The notes under the pieces: model-generated
Seen by the model: only the letters and a program-made list of their open reading frames with translations
Told to the model about the DNA's origin: nothing
Databases searched by the model: none
NCBI GenBank assembly: GCA_038870415.1
Contig: JAWCPE010000001.1
Location: 6,806-70,805 of the forward strand
Direction: 5' to 3'
Length of the DNA: 64,000 bases
Origin: Candidatus Bathyarchaeia archaeon
GTDB taxonomy: Archaea > Thermoproteota > CALKCG01 > B24 > JAWCPE01
Shown here: piece after piece, positions 56,155 through 64,000 of the stretch
How the letters are laid out: every line of letters starts with the position of its first letter
Position numbering within the stretch: the stretch's first letter is position 1
Made by a program: the position numbers and the translations under genes

Positions 56155-57330
56155 TTGTCGCCTAAGGAGAGGATCTGGGCTGCGTTGAGGTTGGAGGAGC
56201 CTGATAGGGTGCCGGTCTACCCGCATGGGTTTGACCTTGGCTTCGGCATGGAGCCTCTAGGCCGAGCAGCCTACGGGCTGGACCCCTACAGGGGTTCGCC
56301 GTCGGATGAATCGTACCTGAAGGTGGTGGAGTATGCGCGGAAAGTAGGGGACCCGATGCAGGGATGGGCGCCGCGGGTTCAGCCCAACGTCTTCCTCTCC
56401 GCGTCCAAGGAGGCACGTAGGTGGACATCCAGCTACGAGGAGGACGGCTACAGGGTGGATGAGACGCGGATAGAGACCCCGAAGGGGCTGCTCACCGCGG
56501 TGTCGAGGACGCCGCCGGGCGGCCCTACGAGGCACGTGAAAGGCCTCATAGAGACCGAGGAGGACATCGACCGATTCCTCTCCGTGCCCTATGTGCCGCC
56601 GAAGGTGGACGCCAGCTCGTTCCACGAGTTCGAGTCGAAGGTCGCTGGCCGCGCAGCCCTCAGGTGCGGCGCACCTACGCCCATCATCAACGTTACCGGC
56701 CCGCAGCTCTCGTCCAGCGACAAGTTCGCGTTCTTAGCGTACCGCCACAAGGAGAGGGTTTTGGAGATGCTGGACGCCATGTACGAGCGATGCATCGACT
56801 ACTTGGAGAGTCTCCTCTCGCAGGGCGTCCAGGCGGTCTTCTGGACGGATGGGGCGGAGCTCGCGGCGCCGCCGATCCTGCCGCCCCGCCTCTTCCAAGA
56901 GTTCGTCGTGAGGTACGACCGCGGGGTCTCGAAGGTCATCCACGAATACGGCTCTGTGGTGATAATGCACTGTCACGGGAACGTGAACCGGATCCTGGAG
57001 GATGTGGTGGAGACGGGGGTAGATGGGCTTCACCCGGTGGAGCCTCCGCCTATGGGTGATACGCCGCTCGCAGAAGCGAAGAAGCGTGTAGGCGACCGCC
57101 TCTGCCTCGTAGGGAACATCGAGATGCACGACATACTCACCTGCACGCCGGAGCAGATAGACGGCAAGGTGAGGGAGACCATCCGGGAAGCCGCGCCCGG
57201 TGGGGGGCTCATCCTCTCCGTAAGCACGGGCTTCTACCAGTTCTACCGAACGGAGCAGGGAGCAAGGAACTACCTGCAATTCCTCAAGACCGGATGCGAA
57301 GCCGCGTCCTACACTCGACCGGCAATGTGA
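56155..57330 (+). CDS. Uroporphyrinogen decarboxylase / MtaA-CmuA methyltransferase family protein
   Basis: S.KERI.AAL..EEPDRVP, P..FQEFV..Y, MHCHGN, P.EPPP.GD, GNI, GGG.IL. Confidence 0.88.
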   Translation: MSPKERIWAALRLEEPDRVPVYPHGFDLGFGMEPLGRAAYGLDPYRGSPSDESYLKVVEYARKVGDPMQGWAPRVQPNVFLSASKEARRWTSSYEEDGYRVDETRIETPKGLLTAVSRTPPGGPTRHVKGLIETEEDIDRFLSVPYVPPKVDASSFHEFESKVAGRAALRCGAPTPIINVTGPQLSSSDKFAFLAYRHKERVLEMLDAMYERCIDYLESLLSQGVQAVFWTDGAELAAPPILPPRLFQEFVVRYDRGVSKVIHEYGSVVIMHCHGNVNRILEDVVETGVDGLHPVEPPPMGDTPLAEAKKRVGDRLCLVGNIEMHDILTCTPEQIDGKVRETIREAAPGGGLILSVSTGFYQFYRTEQGARNYLQFLKTGCEAASYTRPAM

Positions 57331-57505
57331 AACGGTCATCCAAAGCGGTGCGGCAGCAAATGGCAGTGTCGAAAACTATTGGAAGCAGACGCGTAGGCCC
57401 TCTACCCGGCTTCCTTCACCCCTCTAGTTCCCGTTCGATATGAAAGCTCCACGCCCTTAGACACGTGGCTTGGCACCTCAAGGGATCGATTCCGAGCTGA
57501 GGGGA

Positions 57506-57625
57506 TGGCGGACCCGTGGGGACTTTCCGCTCGCATGCTCGCTTTTGAACCCCAGACTTCCGGCTCCGCAGGCTTACGCCTAGAGTCTAACCGTCAGCGT
57601 CCTGTCCGAGCTAGACTACGGGTCC
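57506..57625 (-). tRNA. tRNA-Arg(GCG) with two non-canonical introns (anticodon stem ~57574-57594; T-loop ~57524-57544)
   Basis: GGACCCG/CGGGTCC-G-CCA; anticodon arm CTG^GC-CT-GCG-GA-GCCGG; T arm TGGGG-TTCAA^GT-CCCCA; TTTTAT box upstream. Confidence 0.92.
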
Positions 57626-57944
57626 GCCTAGACAACACCCGACAGGGGATAAAAGGTTGTCCTTTACGGGCCCTGATTCATCTGCGGAGCCCTCTCAAGC
57701 TGACTCATCCAGAAGCCTGGAACCTGACCTGACTTGACCCGGCAGGCTGCCTCAAGGCGTTCCACCACAACGGGCGGTGAACGAAAGGTAATACCATCTC
57801 ACGGGAAAAAACGCCGTGACGTGACGGAAAGACCGGTCAGATAGGAGCAGAAAGGGAGTGCGTGGCGCCGCTAAACGAGACAACCAGCTCCCACATGAAT
57901 CAACGGTGAACTCTCGAGGAGGAGGCGGAGACCGGTTCACGCCG

Positions 57945-59555
57945 TCAATCCGTAGCTCGCCTCGGAGGCTGAAGGGCTCTCTCTAAGGCTTGGACGATGT
58001 TCGTTCTCCCCATGGCTATGATGTAGGGTCCCAGCCTCGGCCCCTGCGGCGCGCCGAGCAGTATCCTGTAGAGCGTCTGGAAGAAGCGGGGAGGCTCGAT
58101 TCCATTCCGCCGGGCAAGCTCGAAGATGGCTGTTTGAACCTCCTCCTCGGAGCGTTCAGCCCTGAGCAGGTCGATCAGCTCCTTGATGGCCGTCGCCTCG
58201 TTCTGGCTGAGGCTTACGGTGGTCTCGCGGATCTCTTCGAAGTCTCTCACCCAGTTAGCCGCGTACTCGATCCTGCTCTTGAGTTCAGCCGGGGGCTCCC
58301 CCTTCAGGTAGGAGTACCTCCTCAGCCTCGACGCGATGTAGCCTTCCCGGTCGGTGGGCGGAGCGACCTTCACCAGGTAGGTTAAGAGGTTGTACGGCAC
58401 GTGGAGCGAGGGCTTCACCGGAGGCTTCAGGTTGTGGCAGTACTCGTAGAGGCCTCGGAGCTTCCCCTCCTCACGCGGGTCCGTCACAGCCTTCCTCCCG
58501 AAGTAGATGTCCTCGAGGGCGTCGAACTCATCCATGTACCTCGGGATGTCCACGACCGACAGCCGCCGGGTCCCGCTGAAACGCTTCAACGTCAACAGCT
58601 TCAACGAGAGCGGAGAACCGTATCTGAACCAGACCTGCGGCGTGAAGACGTTCCCAGCAGATTTAGAGATCTTCCGCCCCGCCTTGTCGAGGAACATCTC
58701 GTACCTCGCGTGCAGAGGAGGCTCGTAGCCCAGTATCTCGCGGCAGACGCGGTCGTTAACCCTGACTGAGTCAGCGATATCCTTCCCGTACTCTTCAAAC
58801 CTGATATCTAGGGCGGCCCATCGGGCGGCGAACTCTACCTTCCAGCTCAGCTTCCCCTCGCCCCTCGTGTAGTCTGCTTCGCCCTTGTAGCCGCAACCCT
58901 TCAGCCACCGTCCTCTCAGCTCGATCCCGTCGCAGATGTAGAGGACGCGGCGTTCTTCCGGCATGAGCTGGTAGGCTCTTGTCGTCAGTCGGCCGCAGTT
59001 CTGGCAGATGGCGAAGTAGGGGAGCACCTCCGTGTACTTCTCCTGTCCGACCTCTTCGCTGATGACCTCGCCGACCCTCTCAGCGTTCCTGAGCAAGGTA
59101 TCGACCTGCCGGTTGAGTAGACCGCTCCGGTAGACCTCTCGCCCTGACATGTGCGTATACTCTACGTCGCAGGCGTCTAGGGCCTCCAGTAGGAGTGAAC
59201 TCATGTGTTCGCCGAAGCTCGCGTGGCATTTGAACGGGTCCGGGATAGAGGTGACCGGGTAACCGAGGTACTTCGAAAGCGAAGGGTCGAAGCCCTGAGG
59301 CACCTTCCTCAACGCGTCCAAGTCGTCTGAGAACGCGACCAGCTCGGAGTTGAAGCCCTGATCCCTAAGGGCGAGGCTCACGGCGTAGGACCGCGTCGCG
59401 TCTGCCAAGCTGCCGACATGGGGCAGCCCTGAGGCTCCGAGGCCGCTCTCCACTCGGAGTAGCCGAAGACTCCGGCCTAGCCGCCGTTCACGCTTCGCGA
59501 CTTCGGCAGCCATCTTATCGTACCAGGTGCCCCGTCCAACCACGTCTCCGGTCAT
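57945..59555 (-). CDS. lysS: Class I lysyl-tRNA synthetase
   Basis: SG.PHVGS, KLSWKVEF.ARW, KISKS.GN, GPRLG. Confidence 0.96.
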   Translation of the reverse strand: MTGDVVGRGTWYDKMAAEVAKRERRLGRSLRLLRVESGLGASGLPHVGSLADATRSYAVSLALRDQGFNSELVAFSDDLDALRKVPQGFDPSLSKYLGYPVTSIPDPFKCHASFGEHMSSLLLEALDACDVEYTHMSGREVYRSGLLNRQVDTLLRNAERVGEVISEEVGQEKYTEVLPYFAICQNCGRLTTRAYQLMPEERRVLYICDGIELRGRWLKGCGYKGEADYTRGEGKLSWKVEFAARWAALDIRFEEYGKDIADSVRVNDRVCREILGYEPPLHARYEMFLDKAGRKISKSAGNVFTPQVWFRYGSPLSLKLLTLKRFSGTRRLSVVDIPRYMDEFDALEDIYFGRKAVTDPREEGKLRGLYEYCHNLKPPVKPSLHVPYNLLTYLVKVAPPTDREGYIASRLRRYSYLKGEPPAELKSRIEYAANWVRDFEEIRETTVSLSQNEATAIKELIDLLRAERSEEEVQTAIFELARRNGIEPPRFFQTLYRILLGAPQGPRLGPYIIAMGRTNIVQALERALQPPRRATD

Positions 59556-59780
59556 ATCGGGCCTCGTCCATCCAGCGACTGAGAGGCAGACCGTGCTCTA
59601 ATAAGGGTTCGCCGTCGTCCCGTTTTCACTAGAAAGGAGTGAAGTAGGCCGCTCTGAAGGCTGTCGCTGACGGAGTAGGGGGAGGAGCGTATGCCTCGAC
59701 CCATAGGGGCGAGCAGCCAGTTAAGGGTGAGTCTCGTTAGCAGGGTGGCTGAAACGCGGGGGAATAGGCCCTGGTAGGCT

Positions 59781-59911
59781 TTAGGCAGGGCCTCGCAGAG
59801 CTTCTACGTCTATCTCGATGAGTCTCATCTCCGTGAAGTCGAGCTGCGCCCTCAGGACGAGGTCTGCTAAAACACGTGAAGATGGGCGTTTCCAGCTGCT
59901 ACGATGACCAA
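59781..59911 (-). pseudogene. Possible frameshifted 5' remnant of a family 4 glycoside hydrolase
   Basis: GGAGG RBS then LVIVAAGNA, a shift, then VLADLVLRAQLDFTEMRLIEIDVEAL; resembles the GH4 Rossmann start. Confidence 0.3.
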
Positions 59912-59977
59912 GCTTCCTGCCCTCCTTCGGGCCTCCTGAACGACGCCCGCCGTACGAGGATACCAGTTGGGGGCTTG

Positions 59978-61126
59978 CTACATCTGCTCAAGTCTTTCTC
60001 TCAAGAGCTGCACGTAGTACCGGTAGTTCTCGAAGGGTACATCTGAGGGGACTGCATGGTCTACGCTGGGTATGTAGCCGCCCTCCCTCGCAAGAGGCAG
60101 TTTCGCCTCGATTTCCTGTTCGATGGCGTCCCTCCCCTTCGTAAGGGCGGTCTTGTCGATGTTCCCGACCAACCTGAGCTCCCTGCCGTAGGTCCTCCTC
60201 AAGGCTCGGGCGTCTATGCCTGCTTGGGCCTCGAGCGGATAGATGCAGTTCACCCCGGCCTCTAGAAAGAGCGGTGTTAAGGCATCATGGTTGCCATCCG
60301 TATCTACCATGATCGTCTCGACACCTTTCTCTCTCAGGTAACGTGTAACCTTCCTATACCGCGGGAGGAGAAACTCCTCGAAGAGAGAGGGCGAGATCAA
60401 CGGCCCGGTCCTGTAGGACATGTCCTCCCATATATTCACGTAGTCCAGCCTGACGGCTTCCACCACCCCTCGGCTTGTCTCGATGACGAAGTCGGCCCAG
60501 AAGTCGAGGATGTCCTCTAAGAGCCTCCGGTCCCTGTAGAACGCGACTAGGAGACGTTCGACGCCCATGAGGTTCCTAGGCTGGCCGAAGAAGCCTGGGA
60601 AGCCTATCCCCACCGGGTGGTCGACCACGCGGTAATACTCGACCGCTTCGTCGCCCCAGTTCTTAGGAAGCCTCCTCGGGTCGTTAGGGTTAAACCTCTG
60701 CTTTACCTTCTCCCAGTCTGCTTTCTCCTTGACGGGGAAGCCCACGAAGCCCGGTATCGAGACGCCCACCTTGAGCACCCTCTTCGTTATGCCAGACTCG
60801 TCCACCTCAAGCCTATACCGTGCGTCCTCGACCAGTGTCCGTTGGATAAACCGCGGAATAGGGGCGAAATCCACTGCTACGTCGCCTACGCAGGACTCGG
60901 CCCTGTAGGGTCCGCCTACCGGGTCGAAGCCGAAGTAGTCGTAGACCGTCTGAGGGTTCCCAAGCCCGATCGGAAGGCTGTAGGAGTGTACCCCAACGCT
61001 GGTAGGCAGCCCTTCGCGATGCCACCTGTAGATGGTCTCAGGCCAGAACCCTATGAACTCGCAGAAAGGCACCCTATCAACGGTTTCGAAACGCATCGTC
61101 CTACGGAATCTCTCTCGTGCGTTCAC
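59978..61126 (-). CDS. Uroporphyrinogen decarboxylase / MtaA-CmuA family protein
   Basis: NARERF...M.FE.VDRVP, WEDMSY..GPLISP..F.EF, DTDGN, GGYIPSVDH.VP. Confidence 0.88.
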   Translation of the reverse strand: MNARERFRRTMRFETVDRVPFCEFIGFWPETIYRWHREGLPTSVGVHSYSLPIGLGNPQTVYDYFGFDPVGGPYRAESCVGDVAVDFAPIPRFIQRTLVEDARYRLEVDESGITKRVLKVGVSIPGFVGFPVKEKADWEKVKQRFNPNDPRRLPKNWGDEAVEYYRVVDHPVGIGFPGFFGQPRNLMGVERLLVAFYRDRRLLEDILDFWADFVIETSRGVVEAVRLDYVNIWEDMSYRTGPLISPSLFEEFLLPRYRKVTRYLREKGVETIMVDTDGNHDALTPLFLEAGVNCIYPLEAQAGIDARALRRTYGRELRLVGNIDKTALTKGRDAIEQEIEAKLPLAREGGYIPSVDHAVPSDVPFENYRYYVQLLRERLEQM

Positions 61127-61388
61127 AGCACTCTCCCAGCTAGGCTGTCGGCTCCACGTAGTTATCTCAGTTTCGGCCCTCTATCCGAGGTTGTCGACCT
61201 AAGCCCCTAGCTCTCCCTGCGAGCGTGTTTTTCCCCGCGGGATGGTATTACCCTCCCCGCTTCTAGACGTGGCTCCGGGCGGCGTCTCCAGCTCTCACCG
61301 GGCGTTACGCGGCGATACTCGTGAAGGCCTAGGGCTAAGTATGTTGGAAACCTCCCTCCTTCATCCCCACGGCTGCGAGAGAAACGTG

Positions 61389-61901
61389 TTAACCGGGGGT
61401 CTCGTTGGTAACTGGGCATCTTGAGCGTAGCAGCTCTGCTACTACCTGTGCGAACATCCTTGAGGTCCAGCCGGGGGTCGTGGCAGGCGGCCTCCCGGCG
61501 ACGATGTTGCCGTTGACCTCGACGGGAGGCCCGTAGGCGAAGTTGCCCGCGAAGAGGCCTGCGTTCGCGAGACAATGCCTCCCGCGGCCGATAGCCGCGA
61601 CGACCCTGCCCTTTTCTTGGGCTTTCTTCAAGAGAGAGATGAGCTTAGGGTCGTGCTGCAGGTGTTGGAGCGCGCCAACTCCGCCCGCGACGATGAGCGC
61701 ATCGTAGTCCTCTGCACGGGCTTCGGCGAGGGGTATCTCCGCCTGAGCAGCCGTGCCGGAGGAGCCTCGGCAAGGGCCTCTGGACACGCTGCAGGTTACC
61801 ACCTCGATGCCTTCGCGTTCAAGCACCTCCTTAGGCTGGATGAACTCGTGGTCGGTGAACCCCGTCGGCGCGAGTATGAGCAGCGCTCTCCTACCTGGCA
61901 G
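61389..61901 (-). CDS. DJ-1/PfpI family protein with atypical active site
   Basis: CTG start gives MPGRRALLILAPTGFTDHEF; DYDALIVAGGVGA; the elbow reads AAIGRG instead of AIC.G. Confidence 0.82.
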   Translation of the reverse strand: MPGRRALLILAPTGFTDHEFIQPKEVLEREGIEVVTCSVSRGPCRGSSGTAAQAEIPLAEARAEDYDALIVAGGVGALQHLQHDPKLISLLKKAQEKGRVVAAIGRGRHCLANAGLFAGNFAYGPPVEVNGNIVAGRPPATTPGWTSRMFAQVVAELLRSRCPVTNETPG

Positions 61902-61984
61902 GCGGACCGCCTCAACAGGATGTCCTTACCTAAGCGTTAAAGCCTTCGGCTGTTTCCTGACCGCACGTTCGAGGCTGAGGCCTA

Positions 61985-62022
61985 CGTTGAATCGGCACCG
62001 GCATGCCGGTGCCGATTCAACG
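61985..62022. repeat. Perfect 38-bp palindrome with no spacer
   Basis: CGTTGAATCGGCACCGGCA|TGCCGGTGCCGATTCAACG. Confidence 0.92.
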
Positions 62023-62241
62023 GGCAGATGGGGTAACCATAGTCTTTTGGCAGGTTTATGTCAATTCTAGTGGCTGGATGCCAGCTAGACTCGCCGATGC
62101 TCGGAGACTCGCCCTTCCGATAGCCGGTTGGCGTTAGAGAAAAGGCGCCGGCGTGAAGTCAATTTTTATGGAGTTCTCTGTCACAAACCCTTATATGAGA
62201 TGTTCACGGTATTCATGTTTCCCCGCGTTTCTGCGGCTGGG

Positions 62242-64000
62242 ATGCCTATGTCCCTCGTAGAGGATTACCTCGCGAAGTCCACGTGGAGAATCAGGGAGAA
62301 CGCGAACTTCAACTACTCGTACAGCGGGCTTCTATCCTATATCGCGAACTCCTACCTGGCGGAGTTCGCCCTAAGAACGATGCCCCCGGAGGCGGCTGAA
62401 GCCCACAGGTCGGGGGACATCCATATCCATAACCTAGAGTCGGGGAGCCTCATCCCCTACTGTCACGGCGGCTCACTCTTCAACCTGATCAAGGTAGGGA
62501 TCAGGTCGCCGACCGTCTCTTCGAACCCGGCGAAGCATTTCTCCGCCATCGTAGACCATATCGCGAACTACTTCCTCATCAGCCAGAACGAGTTCAGCGG
62601 CGCTCAGGCCTTCGCGGACTTCGATACGCTCACGGCGCCCTTCGTCGCCTACGACCACTTAGACTTCAAGGAGACGAAGCAGTGCCTCCAGAAGCTCGTC
62701 TTCAACCTGAACTTCACGTCGAGGCAGAGCTTCCAGTCGCCGTTCACGAACCTCACCTTCAACCTGGGCTGCCCGAAGAGCCTAGCGGAGGAGAAGGCCG
62801 TCATCGGCGGCGTGGAGACCCAGGACACATACGCAGACTTCCAGGACGAGGTGGAGCTCATCAACATGGCTATGGCTGAGATATACATGGACCGCGACGC
62901 TGCAGGAAGGCCTTTCACGTTCCCAATCCCCACCGTGAACGTCACACGGAGCTTCCCCTGGGGCTCCGAAGCCGCCGACAGGATCTTTGAAGCCGAAGCG
63001 AAGGTGGGAAGCTACTACTTCATGAACTACGTCGGCTCAGGCATCGAAGAGAACACGGTAAGGTCGATGTGCTGCCGGCTCCTCATCGACACGACGCAGC
63101 TAGCGCCGCCCGGCGGCCTCTTCGTAGCCCGCGAAGGGACGGGAAGCCTCGGCGTCGTCACCATCAACATGGGCCGCGTAGGCTTCCTCGCGAGAGACGA
63201 GAGAGACTACTTCGAACGGCTCGACCGCCTCCTAGAGCTGGCGAAGATGCAGCTCATGTTCAAGGCGGAGATGATCGACCGGAGCTTCAAGAACGGGCTT
63301 CTACCCTTCGCGGAGATGTATGGGTTCTGCCCGGAGAGCTACTTCAGAACGATAGGCCTAGTCGGCCTGAACGAGAGCTGCGTCAACTTCCTAGGCCTGC
63401 CCCTCTCGAAATCCGTAGACTTCGTAGAGAAAGTGCTCCTCCACGTCCGGGAGGTGCTCCGCCGATTCCAAGCGGAGACGGGTAAACCCTTCAACCTGGA
63501 GGAGACACCTGCGGAGGGCTCATGCCACAGGCTGGCGCTCCTCGACCGGAAGCGGTTCGACGGCATCTTCACGCAGGGAACGGTAGACGCCCCCTACTAT
63601 ACGAGCGTCCTCGTCCCGACGGTCGAGGAGATCAGCCTCATCGAGAGGATGAACGTGGAGGAGCGGCTGCTCCCCCTCTTCACAGGCGGCACCGTCTTCA
63701 GAATACTCCTAGGCGAGGCCCCCGGGGCTAGCGCGGCGAAGAGGCTTGTACGACGCATCGTAGAGAACACACGGATACCTTACCTAGACCTCGGCGCGGT
63801 GCTCTCGGTCTGCCCTAAGGACCGAACGATGCTCTACGGCGTCAAGGAGACCTGCGACCTCTGCCACGGGCGGACGGAGATCTACGCCCGCGTAGTAGGA
63901 TACTATCGGCCCACGTACAAGTGGAACCCCGGGAAGCAGAGGGAATTCGCGGACAGACGCTACTACGGGATGGAAGCCCTCAACAATGCCGCCTCAGAGA
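62242..64000 (+). CDS. nrdD: Anaerobic (class III) ribonucleoside-triphosphate reductase; runs off the window and is absent from the ORF track
   Basis: Hand translation gives ENAN, AHRSGDIHIHNL, PYC, SGAQA, FTFPIPT, RSMCCRL, EETPAEG, glycyl loop YARVVGYYRP; no N-terminal ATP cone. Confidence 0.95.
   Translation, partial: MPMSLVEDYLAKSTWRIRENANFNYSYSGLLSYIANSYLAEFALRTMPPEAAEAHRSGDIHIHNLESGSLIPYCHGGSLFNLIKVGIRSPTVSSNPAKHFSAIVDHIANYFLISQNEFSGAQAFADFDTLTAPFVAYDHLDFKETKQCLQKLVFNLNFTSRQSFQSPFTNLTFNLGCPKSLAEEKAVIGGVETQDTYADFQDEVELINMAMAEIYMDRDAAGRPFTFPIPTVNVTRSFPWGSEAADRIFEAEAKVGSYYFMNYVGSGIEENTVRSMCCRLLIDTTQLAPPGGLFVAREGTGSLGVVTINMGRVGFLARDERDYFERLDRLLELAKMQLMFKAEMIDRSFKNGLLPFAEMYGFCPESYFRTIGLVGLNESCVNFLGLPLSKSVDFVEKVLLHVREVLRRFQAETGKPFNLEETPAEGSCHRLALLDRKRFDGIFTQGTVDAPYYTSVLVPTVEEISLIERMNVEERLLPLFTGGTVFRILLGEAPGASAAKRLVRRIVENTRIPYLDLGAVLSVCPKDRTMLYGVKETCDLCHGRTEIYARVVGYYRPTYKWNPGKQREFADRRYYGMEALNNAASE

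Noticed and set aside
55189..57625. Integrated element between the two convergent tRNAs
   Set aside because: No duplicated tRNA 3' end (att site) or integrase was found; the only intact gene is a UroD-family gene.
57690..57944. Hairpin-rich stretch downstream of lysS as a possible ncRNA
   Set aside because: Only short local stems (e.g. GTGAAC..GTTCAC), with no closing helix or clear promoter.
62473..63731. Short ORFs listed in the track at the right end
   Set aside because: They are out-of-frame or antisense shadows of the long nrdD frame starting at 62242.
1..64000. CRISPR array, cas genes, transposases, integrase, rRNA
   Set aside because: No regularly spaced repeats, no recognisable Cas/transposase/integrase motifs and no rRNA-like segment were seen.

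Overview
GC-rich archaeal chromosomal window, most likely Bathyarchaeia or a close TACK relative. The lineage call rests on PolD DP2, Elf1, class I LysRS, TBP, aIF2-beta, GGGP synthase, multi-intron tRNAs and corrinoid/UroD-MtaA-family genes. Most of the window is housekeeping genes (pyrB/pyrI/pyrH, argS, thrS, lysS, pelota, Bud32, thiolase/HMG-CoA synthase, glmM, R15P isomerase). It also holds SRP RNA, two tRNAs each with two introns, and a class III ribonucleotide reductase that runs off the right edge and is missing from the ORF track. Highlights: (1) an unannotated ~290-nt structured RNA at 36371-36664 whose helix order resembles RNase P/MRP RNA but with degenerate catalytic motifs; (2) an ArsR-HTH + ATP-cone + NrdD-like protein whose radical Gly is replaced by Thr, alongside an intact NrdD that has no ATP cone; (3) a candidate regulon (HTH regulator, two paralogous secreted proteins, KaiC-like ATPase, UbiA prenyltransferase) marked by a shared 12-bp promoter motif; (4) a DUF35-HMGCS fusion; (5) a stand-alone NurA-HerA pair with face-to-face promoters. 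All calls come from reading motifs by eye; no database search was run.
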